From assembly GCA_034780895.1 (NCBI GenBank), contig JAUZTB010000027.1:36752976-36816975 (forward strand): 64,000 nucleotides of DNA, given 5' to 3'. Below are positions 13,490 through 23,957 of this stretch, in pieces (the first letter of the stretch is position 1; every line of letters starts with the position of its first letter). Source of the stretch: Rhynchobatus australiae. Taxonomy: Eukaryota. The position numbers were made by a program, and so were the translations under genes. Under the pieces are notes generated by a model that worked only from the letters and a program-made list of their open reading frames with translations, did not search any database and had not been told where the DNA came from.

Positions 13490-13900
13490 AGCCAATCATG
13501 AGCCCCATCATCCAATTCCAATACACTAACCAGACCCTCTGATCCTGACTCAAACCCCTCCTCAACCCAGTGAATGACACCCCAAACCTCCTCCATTCTT
13601 CACCTCTCGCCTTCACGAGGAGCCCACTTCCACAATTCCTCGACGTTCTTCATCTTCTCCACTCTCTCCACCATTGTAAAACAAATGGAGGAAATACTGT
13701 TGTGTCCACCTCCTGTGCAAGGCCTACCAACTACATGACTTCTTGGTCTTGATGCTCTGAGGACCTCGGCAGTAATGAGCCCACACACAAAGGATGCCAA
13801 GGCATGTCATGCAGACACTGTCTAATGCACCCTTCCATGTGAGAAGAATTTCTAGGTCACTGATATTTAGGGCACCCCAACAAAGGTAATTTACAGAAAG
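13490..13900 (+). mobile_element. Possible old Penelope-like RT fragment
   Basis: Translation LAFT...LPQFLDVL...STSCARPT resembles the Penelope RT motif (FT..LPFLD...KPT). It is highly degenerate. Confidence 0.35.
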
Positions 13901-14029
13901 TAACATAGAGGTAGTAGGTAGTCAATAAATGGGATAGAATCGGAGGGGAACTCATAAAACGCATCTCAAAATTAAGTTATTTTACTTTCAGTATCCAGAG
14001 CTACAAACCAGTAACAATATATCTGGATG

Positions 14030-14310
14030 ACACCATGGTGCAGCACATTCAATTCTGACCTGTCAGTTCTTCCCGTGACTGGATGGGTTTCACTGAGTTG
14101 TCCGGTTTCCTCCCTAGTGGGTTAATTGTCTACTGTAAACTTGCCTTTAGTGGAGCTAACTGACAAAAGAATCAAAAGGAGAAAATGGTGGGCACATGAG
14201 AGAGAATAAGTTAAAGGGCTACAGAGGAATGAGGGGGATTGGACTGAAGGGAGGCTCTCCTTAGAGCTGGCGTCAACTGAATGGGTGAAATGGCCACTTT
14301 CTGTGTCATA
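14030..14310 (+). mobile_element. Diverged V-SINE
   Basis: ttcaattctgacc...gggtttc...tccggtttcctcc...ttaattgtctactgtaaac...gagctggcgtcaactgaatgggtgaaatggcc. Confidence 0.6.
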
Positions 14311-17065
14311 ACAAGTAGATAATACATAGGGGAACAGTCGAATACAAGAGGCCGTGCCGTGTGCTTAGACCACCGTGTTTTTTTTAAAACAACTTGCATA
14401 TCAAAAAGGAATTTGTTCAGACTGGGACACCACGCCACAGTAAATACTTATATGCCCTGGAAAGGATGCAGAGATGGAGAACAAGACTCGGATCCCAAAT
14501 GTGAAAGCTCAAGCTCTGTTTCAAGAGGAGGCAATCAAGGGATGCACAAAATATAAAATGGCATGGAAAAGATTATTGCATTGTTGTATATTAACTGGCA
14601 TCTTTAACAAAGAAAAAAGCCTTACATCATTTAAAAACATCCTTTTGAAGAGTGAGACATGAAGATTCAGGGCATAAACGGAAATTAGTGAGATTGTTTC
14701 ATTAAAAAAGGTAAAACAGAATTAAATACTTGAAATAATCCCCGAGGATGGTGTAGAGGTAAAAGTGACTAAGGAGGACATTACAGTGGGAAGTTAAAAG
14801 ACTATACAGGAATGAGTCTAAAGGTCAATGTCCTTTTCTCAATGCTTATTTTTCTCATTTACGCAAAGAGCTACAGAATCCTAAATTGCTCCATTCTAGA
14901 GGAAAGGATAATTGGGACTATCCATCTTAGCTAACTACAGTCATACCAGTGACAGTGACAATCACTTGCACACATCCAGTCTGCCTGATCTGGAGGAAGG
15001 ATGAGAGTCTGGACCTGCCTGCAGAGAAAAACAATCCCAAGGCAAGGAAACAAGGAACGCCCAACTATCATCATGTTGCTTCCTGTAGTGAATATTCATC
15101 TTCTGCCATCAGAGCTCGCTAGCTGTCCATATCTGATGATAACATTAATGAAAAGCTGCATGTAGCAGAAATGTGGATGGCAACAACTCAGTGCCATTTA
15201 TCACGTTATCTCCCAACTTTCCTAATTTCCTTCGTCTATTAATGCAACATTTCCTTGCAAATACTAATCAATCCCAGTTTTGACACAGTGCATTCCCTTT
15301 TATTCACCATCCATCATCTAATTCAGTGAAGACCAATTGGCAGGAAATTTTCAGGTCTAGTAGAAGGGCAAATTAATGTCCTTCCTCCAAAATTAGTCCT
15401 TTGGCCCTAAGGGCCTCACGATAAATAGGGTGTTCCATGTGCCTGAACACCTCCACAGCAAATCTGTAATAAATGGATAAATGTTACCTGTTGCTCCGTG
15501 GAAGAGGCGTTCCTAGTGATAAGAGCATGGACCTTCTGGCAGTGGTCAGACTTTCAAAGAACTGTTTTCCACCCTCTTTATGTGCACACATGCACAATCA
15601 TAGAACATAGATCATAGAACACTACAGCACAGGAATAGACTCTTCAGCCCATGATGCATGTGCCTGCACATGATGCCAAATTAAACTAATTCCTTCTGCC
15701 TGTACGTGATCCATATCCCTCCAATATCCATGTGCCTATCTGAAAGCCTCTTAAACGCCACAGTCACAATCATGACACATTATTCCATTAAATCAACAGA
15801 GCACTTAAATACAATGGCCTTCTATGAAATCTTCAGCATCAAAAATCAAGAAGACTGCACGTAGATTGCTTTTTGACAGGTAAGTTGTTCCAATACTGGT
15901 CTAAAGCAAGTGCACATCCCAAGCAGAGGAACAACAAAACAAATGTAAATTAAACATGGAAAGATTTTCCCTCTCATTTTGTCTGAGGGAATTCGGAAGC
16001 TCAGCATCAGGAAAGCACCCAGACTCTGGAGAAACCAGTAAATATCAATATTCCTGTCAGGGCCAGGTACCGCGCACTTCCCGAGGACTCGAGGGAAAAA
16101 CATTTGTGCATTTTGTTTATAGTTGTACAGTATCTAGTGGAAAAAATATTAACATTGTATATTTTCCAGGTAAAGACTTTGATGTGTTAAGATACATCGA
16201 GAGAAGGGAGTTTAGGACACACTGTTCAGTATAAAGTAGACCTCACTGTGGGCGTAGAAGTGTGTGGGCAGTGGGGAAAGGGGGGTGCACTGGGAGTGGA
16301 TTTGGTGGTCCAACACCAGTGACAAATCAAAAAAGTTTTGAATTAATATCTTGATTAAGATAGCAGTTAATGAATTTCAGTTATTTGCTAATGACAGAGG
16401 CAGATCAATGCAAAAATGTTACTGCACCCAAATGTGTAGTTGTATCACACATTTTATAATCAACAACTTAACGCACAAGACTGGACAAAGCCAATTTCCA
16501 AATTCCTGCTACAAAGCTCCCTCGTAAACATTTATTTCCATTGTGTAGGGTCCTGCATCGAGGAGTAAAAGTTCCATTTGCACCAAAAAGTGTCAGACAA
16601 CAGAAGGCAGGCATTGAGTTCAGGCAGTCACCCTAAGCAGGAGGTTCTGGCTTGAACACAAGTTTGAGGACAAAGTGGGAACTGTTTGTGAATGGGTACT
16701 GAATCTTAGTCGTGAAGTACTGCTACCATACACCTTCCTCAACATGGTACATCTCTGACAAGAAACCGTCTCTAACTTTGACATTTCCTCCTGTGAATAT
16801 TCCAAGAACAGCAGAATTGGATTTGCTGTTAATACAAGTCACCGCCAGCTTGGGTCTGGTGTTACTACAATAAAGAGGGTTTTCTTCTCCTCAAACTGAA
16901 GTTACCAGGAAGTAAAAGAGTCCAGGCCAGAGTGTATGAGCACATGATAATGAACACAATATAAATAAAGCACCATAAACTCGCAAAATGATTCACACAA
17001 GAAATTGTTTCTGAATGTGTTAAGTTAATGAAAGCACTTGTTGTTCAGGAGGTACAGTAGTGTGT

Positions 17066-17495
17066 GGCAGCACAGTAGTGTAGTGGTTAATGTAACGCTA
17101 TTACAGCGCCAGCAGCCCGGGTTCAATTCCGGCAGCACAGTAGTGTAGTGGTTAATGTAACGCTATTACAGCGCCAGCAGCCCGGGTTCAATTCCGGCCG
17201 CTGTCTGTAAGGAGTTTGTACATTCTCCCTGTGTCTGCGTGGGTTTCCTCCGGGTGCNNNNNNNNNNNNNNNNNNNNNNNNNNNNNNNNNNNNNNNNNNN
17301 NNNNNNNNNNNNNNNNNNNNNNNNNNNNNNNNNNNNNNNNNNNNNNNNNNNNNNNNNGTTAGGAGCTGTGGGCATGCTATGTTGGCGCTGGAAGAGTGGC
17401 GACACTTGCGGGCTGCCCCCAGCACATTCTCAGTTACGCAGAAAGATGCATTTCACTGTGTGTTTCGATGTACTTGTGACTCATAAATAAATATC
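17066..17495 (+). mobile_element. Young tRNA-derived V-SINE with duplicated head
   Basis: A-box tagtgtagtgg, B-box ggttcaattcc, V-domain ggagtttgtacattctccc, and tail gcatttcactgtgtgtttcgatgtacttgtgactcataaa. Contains a 100-N gap. Confidence 0.9.
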
Positions 17496-18189
17496 TTAAT
17501 TATTTGGCGTGTTAAGGTTACAAAAAGTATGCCATAAATACAAGTTCTGATTCACATATATATCCTCATGACAACCCAAATGGTTGCTTCCTTAAAAGTT
17601 GTAATGTTCATTAGTGTAGAATCTTTAAAATAGACAAATATCTTTTCAATAGGAATGAGACAATATGACATGTCAATCTCTTCCTTTGTGGTGCTTTTGG
17701 AAGCAGGATCCATCTTGCTTTGCTTTTAGTAGTGTCATCAACATTGACCCAAGCCACCAAAACAAGCAAATGTCTCAAATATAAAATGGCATTATGCAAA
17801 ATGTAGCATATTATACTGCAGTCCTAGCCTAGATTTTATTATAATTACAAATTCATATTCTCTCACTCTGGAGATAAGTGCGCTAATAACCAAACCAAGC
17901 TGACAATGGTCAGCAGTGCTCCGAGTCTGTGTGGCTTGGTGTGAGACCCAGATAACTCCGTGCTCTTGTGTTTCAAGTAGATCTGCATGAAAAGCACGAG
18001 TTTATACTTAATTTGGGTTTTGGAGCGAAAATCAATGAGGAATCACAGTTCTCGTCACATTTAGAAAATTCATACAAAATGTGCATCTGAAGGACAGGAT
18101 TATAAATTCAGCTGCAAGCATCCAGACTGCAAAATAACTTGATGACCTGAGCTCTTGGGAAAAGGCGGCAGAGACATGTGAATTATAAG

Positions 18190-19370
18190 CTATCAGTGGT
18201 AGGGCCCCAGCTATTCACAATATACATCACTGATCTAGATGAGGGAACTGAATGTATCAGTTCTAAACTTGCAGTTGACACATGGCTGGGAGGCACAGTG
18301 GGGAGTTTGAACTGCAAGAAGGAAGTAAAGAGGGTCCAATGTGATTTAGACAAGTTGGGTGAGTGGGCAAATACATGGCTGATGCAGTTTAATGTGGATA
18401 AATGTGAGGTTATCCACATCAGTTCTTACAACAGAATAAGAATTCATTATCTGAATGGTGATGGATTGAGAAGAGGGAAGGTGGAATGAGACCTGGGTGT
18501 CCTTGTATGCCACTCTCTGTAAGCAAGCATTTAGGGAGGCAAGTGGCACGTTGCCTGTCATTGCAAGAAGAATACAGGAGAAAGGATGTCTTGCTCACGT
18601 TGTGAGTTAAGAACGGCAATTAATTGCATGTGAATTGCATTTTTGTGACCCATCCTGAGTTCTGCGAGCAGGTTTGCTCTCTTTATCTGAGGAAGGATGT
18701 TCTTGCTAATGGAGGCCGTGCAACAAAGGTTTACTGGGCTTATTTCTGGGATGGCAGGAANNNNNNNNNNNNNNNNNNNNNNNNNNNNNNNNNNNNNNNN
18801 NNNNNNNNNNNNNNNNNNNNNNNNNNNNNNNNNNNNNNNNNNNNNNNNNNNNNNNGAGGATATTGCCAGTAGCTGGGAAGTCCAGAACCAGGGCCTCGAG
18901 GTATGGCGTATGCCATTTAGAACATAGATCATGAGAAATTGCTTCACCTAACAGGAGGAACTTGTGGAATTCTCTACCACAGGAGAACAAGTTAGTAAAT
19001 ATATTTAAGATATCTTTATTAGTCACATGTACATCGAAACACACAATGAAATGCATCTTTTGCATTGAGTGTTCTGAGGGCAGCCTGCAAGTGTCGCCAC
19101 GCTTCCAGCGCCAACATAGCATGCCCACAACTTCCTAACCCGTACGTCTTTAGAATTGGGAGGAAACCAGAGCACCCGGAGGAAACCCATGCAGACACGG
19201 GGAGAATGTACAAGCTCATTACAGACAGTGGACGGAGTTGAACCTGGGTCGCTGGTGCTGTAATAGCACTGTGCTAACCACTACACTACCATAAGGAGGA
19301 AAGAGATATATTTCTTAATGCCAAAGGGATCAAGGGATATAGGGAGAGGACAGGAACAGGGTACTGAAGA
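18190..19370 (+). mobile_element. CR1 LINE RT-to-3' fragment with nested SINE
   Basis: SVVGPQLFTIYITDLDEGTECISSKLAVDT...LDKLGEWANTWLMQFNVDKCEVIH is a CR1 RT (FADD motif degenerate). The element resumes after 19290. Confidence 0.9.
19011..19290 (-). mobile_element. Full-length V-SINE nested in CR1
   Basis: Reverse complement of the 17066 family, including the tRNA head and the aataaa tail. Confidence 0.9.
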
Positions 19371-20409
19371 CGGCACCCCTGGCAGAGCATTCCAGGCACC
19401 CACCACTCTCTGTGCAAAAAACTTGCCCCACACATCTCCTTTGAACTTGCCCTCCTCCTGTTATTTTCTATGTTTCTACAGCCGAGTTACAGCAGAATTG
19501 TGACTGCCTGCAATAGTTTTCCCACTCAGATAGAAATTCTTCTTTCTAGGGGTTCGATCCTCCCTCAAAATAAAGTGACTTCAGCAATAATTACTTGCTA
19601 CTCTGACCACCCAGTGGGCGGTGGAGGAGCTGAGTAAGCCGCTGGCCCACAAAGTTCTCATTGCCACTCCTGTTGGAATTACAAATGTGACTCTCAGCTT
19701 TTCCCAGAAACAGGAAGTGCTTGTTCCATGACTCATGGGCAGTTCTGCTTCATAAATCCAGCAAACTGCTGCACAAGTTGCCCAACAACAATTTTTAAAC
19801 CCGGGAATGCAGATAGCGAATACTAAATTTGGGAATTTTCTCCAAAGTGTATCATGGTGTCATGACATGTTTTAGATTCAGCCTATCTTCTGGTATGCGA
19901 GACAAGATTTCCTCTTCTCTCCTCAGAAAGTTCAGGCAATCGTTTGTTTTCAATGGCAGTTTCCCCTCCACTACAAAGGCCATCCACTGCTACCCATGGG
20001 ATGTCATCACCCAGCTCAATCTATCTGCCACTGAAATACAGAAGTCACTGTCACCTCCGACTACACCATTCTCCACGTTCAAGTATGAGGGGCCATTGGA
20101 GTTCCTCGGTATTACTCAAGATACAAGCCTTTCCACCGAATCCTTGGATCCGGGACAGGAGTTGGTATCACAAGTCTTCTCCAGGCCATTGGCATTTGTT
20201 CCTCAAACAACATTATCTGAAACTAGTTTGCTGTTTCCCCATTTACTGCTGTTTGTAGGCTGTTTGCACATATTCCACTATCTAGCACAAATGATTTGAT
20301 TTGTCCCAAGGATGTGAAAACACTATGTTATTTCCATCCACATATTTAAAGCTTTGACTTCATCAGCTCAATGGCCACCAGAAGACAGCATCTTCGTAAG
20401 AACACAAGA

Positions 20410-20705
20410 TATTTATTTATTAGTCACATGTACATCGAAACACACAGTGAAATGCATCTTTTTGCGTTACTGAGAATGCGCTGGGGGCAACCCGCAAGTG
20501 TCGCCACTCTTCCGGCGCCAACATAGCATGCCCACAGCTTCTAACCCATACGTCTTTGAAATGTGGGAGGAAACTGGAGCACCCGGAGGAAACCCACACA
20601 GACACAGAGGGAACGCACAAACTCTTTACAGATAGTGGCGGAATTGAACCTGGGTCGCTGGTGCCATAATACCGTTATGCTAACCACTAAACTACCGTGC
20701 TGCCA
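20410..20705 (-). mobile_element. Full-length V-SINE
   Basis: Same family as 17066 and 19011, with the head ggcagcacggtagtttagtggttagc on the minus strand. Confidence 0.9.
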
Positions 20706-20949
20706 ATATGGAAAAAGGGAGCTGAACATATTGAATACACAGACCATAAACATTGCACAACTTAATGCCATTAATTCTCTTAATGTTGCTGGCTCTCCTA
20801 ATCCTTCAATGTTGCACATTAGTTGTTGAAACATCAGCATAGTTTTTCAGGATGTAACAATTAAAATGGGATGGCAAATATCAAATTCACGATAAAAATA
20901 AGCCCCAAAAAGTATTCAGTTGCAAAGAAACCACATTAATAAATGATAT

Positions 20950-22280
20950 TAGAACACCGAACATAGAACAGTACAGCTCAGCAAAGGAACAGGCCCTTCG
21001 GCCCACCACGTTATGCCAGACTAATTAAACTAGTAATTAAAAACCTAACTAATCTAATCCCTTCTGCCCATGCAATGTTCATACCTCTCCATTCTCTGCT
21101 CATTCATGAGCCCGTCTAAGAGCCTCTTAAACACCTCTATCATTTTTGATTCCACTACCACCCCAGCAGCACATTCCAGGCACCCACCACTGTGTGTAAA
21201 AAAAAACTTGCCTCACACATCTCTTCTGAATTTACTCCCTCTCAGTTTAAAAGCATGCCCTCTGGTATTAGACATTTTTGACACTCGGTAAAAGATACCA
21301 GTTGTCTACCCATGTCTCTCACAATCTAATAAACTTCTATCAGGTCTCCCCTCAGCCTCCGCTGCTCCGGAGAAAACAATCCAAGGTTGTCCAACCTCTC
21401 CTTAGAGCACATGCCCTCTAATCCAGGCAGAATCCTGGTAAACCTCTTCTGCACCCGCTCCAAAGCCTCCACATCCTTCCTATAATGGGGCAACCAGAAC
21501 TGAATTCAGTACTCCAGATGTGACCTAACTTAAGTTTTATACAGCTGCAACACATCTTCCTCTGACTCTTGAACTTAATGCCTCGACTAATAAAGGCAAG
21601 CATGCCATATGCCTTCTTTATCACCCTATCAACCTGCATAGCCACTTTCAGAGAGCTTTGGACTCGGACACCAAGGTCCCTCTGTACATCAACACCATTA
21701 AGGGTCTTGCCATTAACAGTGTACTGTCCCTCTACACTTAATCTCCCGAAGTGCAACACCTCACATTTGGCCAGATTAAGCTCCATCTACTATTTCTCCA
21801 CCCACATCTACAACTGATCTGTATCCTGCTGTATCCTATGGCAACCTTCTACACTATCCACAACACCATCAATCTTGTATCATCTGCAAACTTACAAACC
21901 CATATATCACAAACAGCAGAGGTCTCCGTACGGATCCCTGAGGAACACCACTAGTCACAGACCACCAGCCAGAATAAGTTCCACTGAACACCACCCTCTG
22001 TCTTCTCTGGGCAAGCCAATTCTGAATCCAAATGGCCATGTCACATGGATCCCATGCATCTTAATCTTCTGGATGAGCCTCCCATGTGGGACCTTGTCAA
22101 ACATCTTACTAAAATCCATGTAGACAACATCCACAATTCTATCTTCATCAATCACCTTCGTCACCTCCTCGAAAAACTCAATCAAGTTAGTACCCACACA
22201 AAGCCATAAATGACTGTCCCTAATTAGGCCATGGTTTTCCAAATGCTCATAAATCCTAACCCAAAGAATCCTGTCCAATA
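20950..22280 (-). mobile_element. CR1 LINE, RT region to 3' end
   Basis: ORFs 21955-22278 (TNLIEFFEEVTKVIDEDRIVDVVYMDFSKMFDKVPHGRLIQKI) and 21418-21786 (KCEVLHFGR...QRDLGVRVQSSLKVA) are CR1 ORF2 pieces. The 3' tail lies near 20950-21010. Confidence 0.93.
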
Positions 22281-23896
22281 GCTGAGAAACATTCAGTCTC
22301 CAGAATGTTTAATGACTGTGGCGTTCAGGGATATGTTGCAAATGCACACGGTAGGTTTCCCTAGTTATTAGATCTGACCCAGTGATGTCAGAGCCTTTAT
22401 TTCATAGGTGCCCAATGCCTTAATGGTTTCTCCCAATCCAAACACAATGCTGAAACAGCTTCTGCAGATTTTTTTTCCCAGGACGTTTGCGGGCAGGAGC
22501 AGGTAGGGACTTGCAAAAGTGACCTAGATTTGTTCAGTGGTTGACACTGAGTTAACATTTCCATTGCAGGCAGGAAGCAGAGACATTACTCTTTACCTCC
22601 TTTGGATATTTTCCAATTCAATTTACCTGCAGGAGATTTCTAGTGGGTGTGTAGGCACAGCTGGGCTAAGAGTGTGGGCTGGGACTACAGGCTGGGCTGG
22701 GCTAGGCACCCCGCAGTGCATGCAAAGACGTGATGCTTCCATCGGGAGAGAGCTCCCTGCCTTCTCCAAGCTCAAGGCTATTCGCTTGTCCCAGGGGTAC
22801 TCAAGGTCCAGGCCCACTCACGGGACCACCTGGAACCAACAACAGCACAAAATCAGATGCGAGGTAGGAAATGCCCATTTCAGCCTTGGTTTATTAGATA
22901 CAGTGAACTGGTACACACCAGTTCCACAGGTGGATGGCACCCCCAGGAATTTCAGAGACAGTACTGGGCAGAACCAAATGCAGTAGATCTTAACCAGCTA
23001 TTATTCTTCCTTGCTCCTTCAGAATTCCTAAGACACCAGCTCAGGGAAGAGGAAAATATACCCTTTGTATTTCAAGTTACCAGACAAGGATGACACTGTG
23101 AACAGCAAGACCCCGATGATCCAATTTCCAGCGAGTCCCCGATGAATTGGGCACAGAAGAAGTCAAGAGTTTGGTAAATAACATTCAGTCTGAACTGGAA
23201 TGTTTGAAGTGCTAATTAGACAAATGAAACAAAGACTTCTAGCACTCACACACCCGTCTACACACACGTGTGTGGATGCACACAACCGAGTAACATGCAG
23301 GCAGAAGGATGAAATCTTCCAATCAACAGCAGAGCTGGAGTGTTGCTAAGATGTGGGAGACTGGGAGTTAAGTCAGGACTGCCTGACTGGATTGATCTTG
23401 ATAGAAAGCAGGGTTGTTAGCACATCCTCCAAGCGCGAGCTGGGCCACTACCCCCTCCCAACCAATCCGTTACACCAAGCATCAGCTAATTCATGTGCCA
23501 CGACCTCAGTCCAGCTTTGGCTAAACACTCTGCCCTTGTCACCACTAATCCTCTCCAGCCAGGCCTGAAATCTCAGCAGAATCAAGCAGCAAGTACAGTT
23601 AATGTGTTGTTGTGGTAGAAATCTCATCATTATTGAATTATCAGCAATGGCTAATTTCACTTGGTTCATCTCCAGCGTTAACCTTGTGACTGTTACTGCA
23701 ACTCCAGCAGCACTCACTCCAGAACAACGTTTTCTTCCTTCTTTGCCTCCCAATCAACCGATAGGAATGTCTGGACGCTGTAATTGTATAGTCTGTCCGA
23801 GCTTGTTTTGCCTTAACTGTCAGCAGGAGCCACTGTTGAAATGAGATCATATTCTTCTCTGGTCATCGATCCTCTGCTGCAGGATTTACACAGAGA

Positions 23897-23898
<2 letters not shown>

Positions 23899-23938
<40 letters not shown>

Positions 23939-23957
23939 ATCTTCTCTCTCTCTCTCT
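23899..23957. repeat. (AC)18 microsatellite followed by a short (TC)n
   Basis: Seen directly. Confidence 0.95.

Noticed and set aside
17066-17130. tRNA gene
   Set aside because: A/B boxes run directly into a SINE body and no complete cloverleaf is evident.
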